DNA of 59,086 nucleotides, counting the filler, from Sphacelaria rigidula (lineage: Eukaryota), in assembly GCA_964200075.2 (NCBI GenBank). It is 10 parts of 10 records of this genome, joined end to end, with 100 filler letters (N's around TTAATTAATTAA, not from the genome) between each part and the next. Parts side by side here need not be neighbours in the genome. Positions count along the whole stretch, not along the records: positions 1 to 5,819 come from CAXNAA020024218.1; positions 5,920 to 11,738 come from CAXNAA020024219.1; 8 more parts are not named here. One strand, given 5' to 3'. Of the stretch, positions 1 through 11,668 are shown piece after piece. Both the position numbers and the translations under genes were made by a program. Numbering within the stretch: the first letter of the stretch is position 1; each line of letters opens with the position of its first letter. The notes under the pieces were generated by a model, which saw only the letters and a list, made by a program, of their open reading frames with translations, ran no database searches and had not been told where the DNA came from.

Positions 1-37
<37 letters not shown>

Positions 38-114
38 ACCAAGCCGTGTGTCTCCTGGTTTTTTGCCGAAGCGTTGGCGGATGCGGTCAGCTGCCGTAGA
101 CAGTAGAGATCCTT

Positions 115-440
115 CTATATTATATATCATATATTATATTATATTATATTTCGTATATTATATTATATTCTATTTCATATTTTATATCTTATATACATTA
201 TATTTTATATAGTATATTTCATATATTATACATCATATAACATAGGTCTATATTATTGGTCTATATTATACATATTCTTCTCCATAATATATACTATGTT
301 GTTTATACTATATACAATATATTTATATATGTATAAATTAATATTCATCAAGGGGCAGTATATACTATATCATACATGTATATATAAAAATATATGTGCT
401 AAAATATATACGATCGTTATATTATATATTATATTTAGAT
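115..440. repeat. AT-rich low-complexity (TATAT)n-like tract
   Basis: Degenerate tatat/tatta repeats; the ORF called here (296-514) is a compositional artefact. Confidence 0.85.
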
Positions 441-622
441 ACGTAAAGGAGCAGAAGCAAACATACACCCCGCAAAGCCCACCAAACTTTTCGGATTTAT
501 TCAATGTTCATTAATCAATTTCTTGCAACAAAATCAACATAAATAATCAAAACAGTGTTTATTGATCAATTTCTTGCGAAAAAGTTGACAAAAAAAAATC
601 AAAAAAATCATGACAATTTTCG

Positions 623-878
623 ACGGTTAAGACAAATCATCACGACTCAAAATCACCTAATTCACGATGTCTTCGGCCTGATTGCCCAAAAAAAGGAGAA
701 ATAAGTTGATCGCTGGTCCAAGGGGTATCCACGCAACTTTTGCGCCATTCTACGGGTCTGGGCTGCGTGTACCTGGGTTGCAGCGCTGAAATAAAGCCTA
801 GGAAATGATTCGTCACGAGTGGACTCATAATACTAAAACCAAGTAATTTCCTGAGGAATCATTATGTGTCCGACCCTT
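623..878 (+). mobile_element. MITE with 9-10-bp TSD (Mutator-like)
   Basis: Homologous to 45083-45341 and to the fragment at 11839-11935. Ends in GTCCGACCCTT. Flanked by aCAATTTTCG (613-622) and gCAATTTTCG (879-888). Confidence 0.65.
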
Positions 879-1104
879 GCAATTTTCGACAAAATGTCCT
901 CCGGGGGGGGGGGCGGGGGGGGGGGGGGGCGGGGGCTACGTGTCCCGATTCTTTTTTTCGGCTGCCCCTTGGTACATCATGAAATGTGTTGATCGGACCG
1001 GCGGGTCTGACTGTGGGGCTGGTTGTGCTATTCTTGTCGTGGTAGGTTCTGTTACTCTGCCAGTGGAGGTAGAAATATGCCGGTCGGAACCAGGTCAGCG
1101 GTGA

Positions 1105-1360
1105 AACAACGTAAAACCCGTGAGCACAGCACAACTTCTTCAGCTTTCCGAATCATCCCGATTTGAGCATATCGCTGTGAACGGCAGACCAACCGAGTCG
1201 TGCACGCTCTGCTGCAGCTACGCGAAGAAAAAAAAACAATACTGTATGACCTCACCAACGACATAATCACATTTTGCGGGGAAAAAGATCTGTCGGTATT
1301 CGAACTCGTGACCTCATTGACTGAAGTCTCCTTTATCCCTTCCAGTGTTTTAGCGCCCTA
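1105..1360 (-). mobile_element. tRNA-derived SINE family 2, diverged copy
   Basis: B-box-like GAGTTCGAATACC on the minus strand. The body aligns with 45538-45810 (shared gatttgagcatatcg.tgtgaac and cacaacttct). Confidence 0.55.
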
Positions 1361-1519
1361 ACCCTTCAGCTTCTAGACCGCGAGCATCGCCTCGGAACAG
1401 TTCCACGGGCTCGTGGTTTATGCATCCTGCCTTGAGCACGATCCCTAATGTGTTACCAGCATAGCTTCACACTGTAGTGTTGTTGAGGAACACGAACCAG
1501 ATAAATCAACAGCATCACA

Positions 1520-1816
1520 TGGTGAGACACCCCTGAGGCAGTGTGTGCTGTGGCTGTCCCTGGAAGTGGCGATACCAGGAAATGAAGCAACTCATTGGAG
1601 ACTGTCATCAACATGCAAGAATATCAGTACGCTTCGGTCCGAACAATCTGAGCAAGATGCACCTCACCCTTCATGCGACTCGTCGCACACATCACGGGGA
1701 TTCGTGCTTCGTGATTGATTGCTGGAAACCCCGGCGTACACCGTCCCAGCACTGTAGGGATGCGAGGTCAATGTCACATGACTGTGGCATGCAAGATCAT
1801 GAGTACACCCACCCCC
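1520..1816 (+). mobile_element. C-tailed dispersed element (long form A), 5'-truncated
   Basis: Aligns with 25700-26008 and ends ...GCAAGATCATGAGTACACCCACCCCC. Confidence 0.75.
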
Positions 1817-1849
1817 TGTCCTATGCAGTACAACAGTACTCGGTTGGGT

Positions 1850-4165
1850 AATTTTCGAAGTTGGAGACTTTTCTGAATTTTCTCGTGTAGTATTATTCTT
1901 CGTTAGCAGTCGCAAGTCCTAGCGTCGCTAGATTTTTTGAAAAAATACAGGTCGTGCTGAAAACAAAAACCTCAATTTGTGTTCACGGGGTGAAATGTAG
2001 GAAGTACGTCGTCATTCAGGGGGTGTAATCCATCGTCACTTGTCCAAAAACACACTTTCTCGGCTCTAGGGCAATGAACAGGTGGGCATGAAAAAAACAA
2101 TCACTTTCGTGTTGTTCACGAGAGCTATCGGGATAGCTTCAATCGGGCTGGGTGGTCGCAGGGCCGCCCGTCAGTCGTTCAATATCGAGTGCAGATATGC
2201 TTTTGGTTCATTATGTAAAATGGATTCCTAGTATCTCCCGATCCCCAAACTTAGGGGCCAAACGTTCGTGGGGATGAGCGGCGGCACGCAACAACATTAC
2301 CATCAAAAATCGACAACTACGAAAAACTCACGAAAATCCTGTATTTCAGCTGAAAGCTGCTGGAGTATAATAGTCAGCATCAGCAGTTTTCAGAGTTCGT
2401 AGTTATTGTATTTTTTTTTAGCTTTTCTCGAGTGCTATTCTTCACCACTACTTGAAAGTGCTAGCGCCGGTAAAATTAGGGGGAAATCGAAGGCCGCGTT
2501 CAAACTGCAGAGCCCAGGTTGATGTTTTTGGGGCGGTATGGACTAGATACCCCGTTTATCAGTAGGGTGTTATTGGCCGTTCTTGGTTCAATGAAAGGAG
2601 TTTCCGGCTCTCCCGCAACGAAACGGTAAATATTTAGGTAAATGAATACGTGAAAAAAACTTCACAATAATGATCGAGATCGTGTTTCCCTCCTAAACTG
2701 CACAGACCTCAGTCTAGCATTTTCTGCGGATGGCCTCTTTTCGGGTTTTTTCGCATAACATTTTCCATGAGCACTCGAAAGTGCTGGTGTCGATAGTTTT
2801 GACAAAATAAGCAGACCGTGCTCAAATCACAATGCCCAAGCTGGTGTTGTGGAGGCGGTACGGAGTAAACACCCCGTTTATCAGGAGGGTTTTATTCACC
2901 GTGAATGGTCCAAGAAACATAGTTTTCCGGCTTTAGCGCAGTGAATGGGTGGGGTTTAAAAAAAATAATCATTTTTGAGTCTTGTGTCATGAGGAAGGAA
3001 GATTGAAATTACCACTGTGTCCTTTGCGGGGTTTTGCTTTGCTTTTTATCTAGCTAGCGCGTCAAAGCATTGTGTGCTTTCTCCGTTTGTTCGCTAGCTC
3101 GCACCAACATTGTGTGCTCCTGCGAGGTCAACCGCAACTGTGAATTACGCTTTTTGAGGCACCTTTGGTTTTTCTGATTTGAGGTGAGGGAGGATCGGGC
3201 ACCAGGCTGGTCATTGCTCTCTTGCTTTATTTCTTTCTCTTTTCTTCTTCGCGTTGCCTCCTCATGACTTGATGAGTGACACAAGCCTCAATTTTAGTTG
3301 CTCCTGAGATTTCATCGCAACTCAAATAGAGGTTCGTCTGGGTGGGTGAGTGTCATGAGGAAGATAGAGAGGCGTTATTTGTTCCCACAGACAACTTTGG
3401 GGCAGGTTGGCTTACATATCATCCGATCTGTCCACGGGAAATGCTCCCATAGCTCTGGGAAGATTGGTGTACAGACTGGCGTACCCTAGCTGGGGAAGGG
3501 TAGTGTACAGATTGGTGTGCCCTAGTCCCCGGGAGGCGAAACGCCTTCCCGGGCCGAGTTCAAAAATAGGTTGTTCTACCGTGCCTCATGCACCCTCGCT
3601 CACTCTTGAGCTACCCTTCGAGCCGGACCATCTGCTCCTACTGTTTACCATTGGTGAGAACAGTGTGCTGGGCGATCAAGGGAATAACCAGTCAGAGTTA
3701 AAAAGATATCAAGCCTTTGAGCTCCTTTTGTTTGTTGCTTCTGTGACCAACAGTCACGTGAATCTGCACGCGTGCATTTGCAGCTTGTTTTACTCGGACA
3801 CCTAGTGCGTTTGCGCACCTACTCAAGCTTGCAGCACATTGATCATAGCCAGGAAGGTATGGAACCTGTCTATACCCCCCTCTATATCACACTTGACGTG
3901 TATTATCGGGATTGAGTCGGTCCAGCGAAACTACCGAAAAGCTAGAACCTGGGGTTGCTTTTTCGCAGGACCCCCGAAGATCGGTCAAGCCCGTAAGTCA
4001 CTCAATATTGATCGCCGATATTTTTTCTTTCATTACTTGTGAAGAGGATAACAATATCCCCAGATGCCCATTTTCTGGCATCCAACAGTCACTGTGATGA
4101 TCGGTGGCAAGCGAACCAAATTGGAAAATTGAAAATTTGAGAACCTAAGAAACTACGAATTCTGC
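1850..4165. repeat. Diverged ~250-300-bp repeat modules, probably old non-autonomous DNA transposon arms
   Basis: Similar blocks at ~1880-2110, ~2420-2640 and ~2740-2980 (e.g. accccgtttatcag..ggg). A second module occurs at ~2140-2350 and ~3960-4165. Inverted ends face each other at ~2310-2410. Confidence 0.5.
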
Positions 4166-5819
4166 ATACTTCTGACGCTGACCACTGTAGTAGTGACCAC
4201 GGCTGGATCCCTGGGGGGTAGCAATCAATCAACCATGAATCAAGAGGAGATATGACTACAGTGATCGGCGTGTTTCTCCAGGGACATTTCCGTGATCCAC
4301 GAAGCCTGCTCTCCTCGACTGCCCACTGGAAGCAAACGGTGGCTTCTCAGACTCTCGTTTGTGGTGTCGTATATTTTCTTCGGGTATCTTCTGTTTGGGA
4401 TATTATACAACATTTTTGATATCATTAAGGGAAACCCCGCCGCCATGGGTGTTGGAAATCGTGCAACACCTAACTACGAGGCTAGCCCACTTTACCGATT
4501 CGCCAGGCTCATAGGTTTAGCGAATAGCCAATCGCCGAAAACCTAGCTGGACATGAAAAAAAGTGAAAATGAGTTGGAGTTTTGCGAAGATCACAACACA
4601 CACATCATGCTCCCGAATTCAGTTAAATTTTTTGGGAACTGGCCGTTTGCCTGACCTAGAAAGCCCAGCGAATCAGAGAGTAGGCAAGGCTTCTCATTAG
4701 CGTGATGCGCAGAGTCCAGCACAAACGACAGTGATTTTACCTGCTTTGATACCACGACCATTGTGAAAAATCCCACACGAAAAAATTGACAGGCAAAATA
4801 AGTGTTATGCCTATAAATAATAACCTTAGCCTATATGCATCCGACACCAGCGCGAGAAAAACACAGGGGAAAGGCGCTCCGTGGGTTCCACGAGTTCAAT
4901 GGTCAGGCACAACATCGAATCCGTATCTTTCGTGGGGGCGTCGTGCTGTCCTATGACGTCTGCGGTAGATAGATTTTACGCGAAAGGCGTGCCTTCATGA
5001 CAACGTCGGCGACCCCGCGGAGATTCTTCGTTTGCGACCTTCCCTGCTGTGACCTTCTGGGTGGCCATCTGCAGGCTGGGTTGCAGTTCTTCAGCGCAGC
5101 CCCGTGCCATCCCTTTTCTGTCCAATCTAAGAACGCGCCTTACGACGCTCATGTATACGTGCGCCATGGAAACGTCGAAACCGACGATGGGCGATGAGGA
5201 GCATGGCGGCAAGTCCCAAACGCTGTAGGGCTGGTTATCAGTCGGTTTGATTATCTTGTCTTGTCTCACTTATAACCCTTCCCGTTCTTCGGGATGAGTC
5301 CCTGGCCTCAAGGAATCGACCCACGTCTCCCCCGGTATACGCCTCACAATTTGATAGCGCAGATTGGATCAGCACTCTCGCACCGCGTGGACAGTCGTCC
5401 AACAAACTCAGTGAAACAGCGTATCATGATTGCTCACATCAGCACGCTTTCAAGGACGGAAATTAGATTCTTGCGAGAAGAAAGCCAAAGCAGGCGCATA
5501 TACCTTTGTGAGAATCGAAGCCGCGTTTTTCCCGACCTACTGGCGTCAGTTGTAACGTTACACCGCCGGAGTGCGGCGGTCGGTACCACGTACGGAAAAT
5601 CCAACTGCCGAGGATGACCTCAAAATGTTCATCAATGCAATATTTATTGGAGATTCGTTTCAACAATATACCAGTACATCACTAATAATTTGCTATATAT
5701 TGGTGTTGTGGCGACGCAGCCGCCACCCTCGCGCCGTAGGCACGAGTCAAAATGCCCCCCCCCCCCCCCCCCCCCCCGGGGGGGGGGGGCGCCCGCGGCG
5801 GGCCGCGGGGGGGGACGAA

Positions 5820-5919
5820 NNNNNNNNNNNNNNNNNNNNNNNNNNNNNNNNNNNNNNNNNNNNTTAATTAATTAANNNNNNNNNNNNNNNNNNNNNNNNN
5901 NNNNNNNNNNNNNNNNNNN
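5820..5919. other. Artificial contig linker N44-TTAATTAATTAA-N44 (first of nine)
   Basis: Identical 100-nt spacer with six-frame stops at 5820-5919, 11739-11838, 17658-17757, 23577-23676, 29496-29595, 35415-35514, 41334-41433, 47253-47352 and 53170-53269. The flanking contigs are 5819 bp (x8) or 5817 bp (x2). Confidence 0.97.
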
Positions 5920-5920
5920 C

Positions 5921-6014
5921 ATACATCACGAAGGAAAAACCCAACGAATCGGGAATCTAACCCCCATTCTCTCCACGCTAATGGCGACAGTCGGACCATT
6001 ACACCACCGGGGCT
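5921..6014 (-). mobile_element. tRNA-derived SINE family 1, 5' head (cut by contig end)
   Basis: Reverse complement of GCCCCGGTGGTGTAATGGTCCGACTGTCGCCATTAG...GGGTTAGATTCCCG. Confidence 0.8.
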
Positions 6015-6168
6015 CTGAAATATTCAGGAAGGCTGTATGAATGGAGTCTTTGGATTTATTTATTTTTTCGTGCACGGCCCTGTATATCTGGCGAAAGAAA
6101 ACAAAACTCGAAAGACCCCATTTATACAGCCTTCCTGAGTATCTCAGTGCACCCGGCTACAAAATCAG

Positions 6169-6306
6169 CACACCCTGGACAACAGATTCTATTGTAAAAC
6201 AATGTACTGCGTACAGTATGGAATATTTTGTCTATTGCAGTAGGCGCAATAGTCGATACTGTACGCCGTACACTTTTTGACTGTACATTCTTTTGTCCAG
6301 GGTATG
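6169..6306. mobile_element. MITE with 8-bp TSD (hAT- or P-like), CACACCCTGGAC family
   Basis: TIR CACACCCTGGACAA / TTGTCCAGGGTATG. Perfect TSD AAAATCAG at 6161-6168 and 6307-6314. Other copies at 12380-12522, 47455-47591, ~50980-51090 and 55550-55770. Confidence 0.85.
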
Positions 6307-8417
6307 AAAATCAGACACCGCCTCCTAGGATCCTGGATATCTTTCGCAAAAAAACAAAAATCAAAATACCCCAATCATGCAGCCTTTCTGAATGTCACAG
6401 AGCGCCCGCGTGCGAATGTTTGGGTCTAAGGCCGCTCCTCATAACAGACAAAAGCGTAAATCTGGAAAAAGTGCCTTTTTGGAGCTTTGATGTCGTTTTA
6501 CGGCCAAAAAGAGAGCTAGTCAGAGTTTGGTACGTTGGAATGACTTGCTCCACTAGTTAACGTGGTTCCAGGACATCTCCTCGTTTTCTGGTGGCCGCAG
6601 TAGCAGCAGCAGCATTTATACGTCCAGCAGATGTGTATGGTTGGGAGTGGGGCTGAATCAGCCGGTGCCGATACTGCTGCTGCTACAGCTTCTCATCGTG
6701 CGGAAGGCGGTCCGCGTTTCGACCTGCGACAATGCCCACGCACCTTGCACGTGATGGCCACCCTACTGGGAATCGCTGGTCCGCACTACCCGCCGCTGGG
6801 TCCATGCGTGCTCACTCGGCGAAGTGCCGGGAGATATAGTTGTGCCCACCTCTCTTTCGGAGCTGTTCACGTCGTGTGTGTCTGCTCCCACGCGGGGCTA
6901 CTGCTCGTGATGGGAAAGCCAGCTAGCTGTGCGCCCCATGAAGAGCCGAACAACCCACGCTTGCAATCAAATGAAGATTCCTCTTCGCATTCGTGTACGC
7001 GAATGTTCATCCACTCTCACTGTTTAAGATCAATTCCCAAATGATTAACCCTTCTGGAACCCTCCGTCTCCGTCTCCGGGCCAGACGCCTCAATATTTCA
7101 TGCCCCGACAAGGAAGAAAGGATGGGAACAGAAAACACTGACGGCAACTATTTTTATGGCGGAAGGCCTCAGAAGAAGAACCCACCTTCATACGCCATGC
7201 GCGCACCAAGTATGTCACCCCGATGTGGTATGATCAGTGTTGTCCAATAAGGGGATGGATGGGGCAAGTGTAATCAATTTCGTGCACCCAGCCGAAATTA
7301 GCACTTGCGTGCCTGAACTCTACACAAACAAAATCGGCACCACCTCTCTATTTCTATATACTGAGTCCCGTGCTGCACTGCGGCACAATTATATGTGGGT
7401 CTGAAAAACACGCGTCGGGTGGCTAATAGTATTGCGTGAAAGCTGTAACAAACTCAACCATTTGTCGTTCAAAAAACAGCACCTCGAAATCCACACTTTT
7501 CCATCGCCAGTGCCAAGACGGCTATTTTTCTTTCGTGATAATGATTTCGGGGGCGATGAGAATCTGGCGCCAACTCACAACCAACTTGGAAACACAAGGA
7601 AGAACAAGCAAAAAAAAAACGCCTGAATCACCATCATTTTCACGTCGCATTGTCACTTTTCTCTCGTCTCGTTAGAACGGGCCTTTACAATGCTGTCGTG
7701 CAAAATAACGGCTTAACCCTCGCAGTGCTGCCCCGGAACACGGAGCAGCCCGTGGCGTCATGTTGTAGGTGGGCATGTTTGTTTGTTTTTTGCAAGGAAG
7801 GAGTAGACCTCACCCAACACCCACCCTGCGAAGTTGGCGGGTATGTGCTCACAAGAACCTACGACTCCGTTGCACCTTGAACGCCCCCCAACGATTTGTT
7901 GCTGTCCCATGCCATACACACCAAAATAGATCGGGTGCTGCAAAAGCAGCGTCAACACAGGTCCCGCCTCGCACAAACAATCCTGATCGAGGTAAGGAGT
8001 GGACGGGAGGGCAAGAGATCTTGCGATTTCAAACTCGCTTCTTTTCACTACTTTCTTGCCTTCCGCTCATTCTTGAGGGGTTGACCTTTTCATAACCCGT
8101 GGTCAACTGGCTGACCTAATAATCCTGCCGACTGTTCAGGGATGGCAGCAATAGCAAAGGCGAAGATGGCCGCTAGCTAGCCGTCCGTGCATGTGACAGA
8201 TTTCTTCTCCGTTATCGTTTTTTCACCGATCGGATTCCAGCCTCAAGTAGTCGATACAGTGGCGGGGGTTGGGGGTTCAACAGGCCGTGCCTGCCAGAGC
8301 TCAGCACCACACATCTCCTGATGTACGGAAGGGACTGTAGGCAGGATACATTCGCCGCTGTGACTCCATACGTTTGCTTGTGGGTCAACGTGTGTTCGCA
8401 GCGCGTAATTGGCTAGT

Positions 8418-8850
8418 GGGGATGGGGTGTACTCATAATTCTACATCCCGAAGCCATGATACCATTGATGTCGCATCCCTACACAGCCGGGAAGGAGCAT
8501 TGCGCCGGACCAGGCTGGCAGTCACCGAGCGCGAAGCGCTGGGGTGAGTTCGGCGAGTCGCGTGAAGGGTGAGCTGCATCCCACCATTAACACTGTTCGA
8601 CTCGACGCGTACTAATGATCTTGCATGTGGATATGACTGCTCCGTTCGAGTAAGTTGCTCCACTTTTCCGGTATCGCCACTTCCAGAGACGGCCACGGGT
8701 TACGCTGCTTCATGGGCGTCGGTCTCACAGTGTGAGCACTGCGTAGTACTATACCATCATACCCTTTTGCGGGGAGTTGAGGCTCTCCCACCCTGCACAA
8801 TATGATCCAACTCGACCACCATATTGGTTACCGCGAAAAAAAACGCAACT
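8418..8850 (-). mobile_element. C-tailed dispersed element (long form A), diverged
   Basis: Begins GGGGATGGGGTGTACTCAT on the plus strand and aligns in reverse with 25580-26000. Confidence 0.7.
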
Positions 8851-9069
8851 TGCCGTGAGGAATCCACACAGTGTCCCCACGGCACAACAACTGTTCCGAA
8901 ACGGACTCCTGACCATCCCGGCATTTGGGAAAATGCCCCGTATCGGTGGGGTGTAGATGGACGTCAATCGGTAGAGCTCGGAAATGGTTTGTCTAAACAT
9001 TAACCAGTTGAATGATTACGCGTAGGGCACTCATTAACCAGTTGAATGGTACATGATGGTTTTGTCATC

Positions 9070-9390
9070 GACCGGCGCAGCCGGGAGCAACCCCCCCCTC
9101 CCCCCCCCCCCGACAGAGGGGGGCATGGTGGAGGCGCCGTGCCGGAGGCACGTTTTTACGCGATTTGGCTTCACTACAGCTAAAAAATACGTCAAATTTG
9201 GGTCGATGTTCAAGGGCTGTATCTAGCATACGTAGCCGATAACGGCTTATAAAGCCGATAACGGCTTATAAAGCCGATAATGGTAAACAATGGCTTGAAA
9301 CCATTATCCATTTTTTTTCATACAACCGTTCCCATTATGACCATTATAATGATCATGGCCAGTTATTACTGGTACTGTTTCCGAGCACTA
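9070..9390. repeat. Dispersed repeat shared with 37770-38180 (opposite orientation), probable transposon end
   Basis: gcgccgtgccggaggcacgtttttacgcgatttggctt matches the reverse complement at ~38100-38145. Contains an internal tandem of agccgataacggcttataa. Confidence 0.6.
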
Positions 9391-10966
9391 TCAGTTGGAC
9401 ATGAGAGCGTCGTAGAATGCCCCGAAGATGTACAGTGCTCTTTGTTCCAGCCATATGACTAGCTCCGGAGCTCGTCACATCGGACTGCAAAAGCGGCGAG
9501 TGCCATGCTCATTGTCATCACCGGGAGTATTTGACTTTCTGCACATTCGACGAGAGGCTACATATAACAAGGCTGCGCCAGCATGCTCAGCAGAGTTGTC
9601 GTGAGCTCGTCGTCATACATACCACCACATTCAAAAAGAAAATCTCGTGCAGCATCCTTAGAGCCAGATCTTTGGAGGATCGGCAGTCCCGAGTGCTCCC
9701 ATCGTGCGCATCACGTGGTTTTGCTCCAATCGGCGCCGACGACAATTTGAGCTCTTCCAAAGCAAACATTGCCGAGGATATCGTATGCGTATCCGCCCCC
9801 CCCCCCCCCACAAAGATCGGGGACGGGAGCGGAAGAGGGTGGAGGGGGACAAGCACGGCGAAAGAAAGAAAAACAAGACGCNNNNNNNNNNGTTGGACTC
9901 CCACCGGCGCAATCGACCAATCGAAATCCTCCCAAGCAAACCTTCCCCAGTCTACTGTACTCGCATCCGCCCCCCCCCCCCCGGCATGCATCGGGCACGG
10001 GTTCGAGTTAGAGTGGAATGCGTCAACCGCGATGATAGGACGACGAACTCGCGCCAGCACGCTCCCCCCAGGCGACAGTACGGCTTTTGTACGTCTTCGC
10101 ACATGTATAGCCACGAGTACCGCTAGCTAAGCGCGATCACCGGTGATGGTCGCCAGCATGCGTAACGATCGAGGATGCTGTTTTCGCAGCCCATCTACAC
10201 CCCACACCGCTAAAGCTGTGACACGGCCTTTTGGCCTCAACCCCATCTCCTGTTCGTATGTACGCAGTATTCTTCCTCCAAAACGAAGGCATGTTCCCGG
10301 AAAATTCCGCGAGACATGACGAGGATTCCCTTCCCGCCATTTCCCCTCATATTCTTCTGGGGTAGAATGTCCGTTCCGGTGGTTTTTCAGGGGCGCAATT
10401 CCCTTCCCATCCCGTCCCCAAATATTGGCCAATTTTCCTTTTCCTCCGTTCCCTTTTATGAATGGGTTACGGGAAATGGAACCGTCTCTTCTCGCTGTTA
10501 TGGGGGAACCAAGACTAGAAAATATCCTCCATGTTTTCCCCCGCCCCTCCTTGAGTCCTCACGGGACATCTGATCATTATTTTCCCTGGTACTGAGCGGG
10601 ACGTTCCGTCGAAGGGACGAAAATTACGGTCGTGGGTCTTGCGGGGAAGACAAAAAAATATCCCTGCATACATGTTGTTTGGAGTTTTTTTTTTTTTGCC
10701 AGACGTGGGATACAGCATGTGTTTTCTTGAAGCAAGTCGCGGGCAGTTTCGGCGCTTACTATATCAGACTGCCACCCTTGCAACGGTAGCGGGTTACGTG
10801 GACCGGTGACGAGCATCTTGACGATCAAAGGTCCCAACATGAGAGGAGTTTTGGTGTGAGTGAGAGATACAAACAGGTTTTTCTGGGTCGATGGTGGTAG
10901 GCCGCTGGCGGAAGCCAGCCTAATACCGATGAGACCCAAGGCAGTTGGCCGCGACGAGCCAGGGAA

Positions 10967-11165
10967 GGGGGGCGGGGGTATACTCATGATCTTGCATGCC
11001 ATCGTCACATGACCGTTGAGCTCGTATCCTTACAAAGCCGGGACGGAGCACACCGGGTTTTCGCCGGACCAGGCTCGTACGAGGGGGTGGGGGGGGGGTG
11101 TACTCATTTGTTGCTCGCCTTAGTTGTTTGACCATTGACCACGCATCCCTCTCGAGACGGAGCGG
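10967..11165 (-). mobile_element. Two adjacent C-tailed elements (truncated A at 10967-11075; mini form B at 11090-11163) set in G-tracts
   Basis: GGGGGTATACTCATGATCTTGCATG... followed by GGGGGTGTACTCATTTGTTGC...GAGACGGAGC. Confidence 0.8.
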
Positions 11166-11607
11166 GGAAGCGGGGGGAGGGGGGGAGATTCTCGAAGGAT
11201 TAGGCGCTGCTTATTATAGTCGCTCCGTCTTGTTGTGTTCTTTTTTTTTTTTTCTTTGCTGCCCTATGAACGTTATCGAATAGTTGGTTGGTTTTTCTGC
11301 TCGGTCGCCGGTCGCAGGATGAATCATACGTATATGTTCCCGACCTTCCACTCGTACGAGGTAAAGCACGGCACAGCACGCATCTGTGTGGCTATTATAC
11401 AGTGATTCTTTTAGCTGTTGGCTTTTCTATGATTCATACTGCATGAATCACGTGATGTGGCACTGTTGCTACTAGTGCTACTGGACGCTTGTTTTTTTGT
11501 TTTATTTTTCTCGTGCGTTGCGCTCCTCCCTCCTGTAAACGCTTTCAACACTGTTTCACTCTCCGCCTCCAACGGAGATGAGAGACCATGTAGGGTTTTC
11601 GCCTTTG

Positions 11608-11608
<1 letters not shown>

Positions 11609-11666
<58 letters not shown>
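11609..11666. repeat. (CT)n microsatellite
   Basis: Uninterrupted ct dinucleotide run. Confidence 0.95.

Positions 11667-11668
<2 letters not shown>

Noticed and set aside
1..35. Poly-G at contig starts (also ~23698-23733) as a G-quadruplex element
   Set aside because: At contig edges the length is unreliable and may be a sequencing or assembly artefact.
1543..1851. Protein coding by the C-tailed family
   Set aside because: Frames are not preserved between copies (stops and indels differ) and no domain is recognisable.
5864..5875. Regularly spaced TTAATTAATTAA motif every ~5.9 kb
   Set aside because: Always centred in N44/N44; a synthetic six-frame-stop linker, not biology.
9531..10130. 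Overlapping 140-199-aa ORFs on both strands
   Set aside because: They span an N gap and C homopolymers, with no recognisable family.
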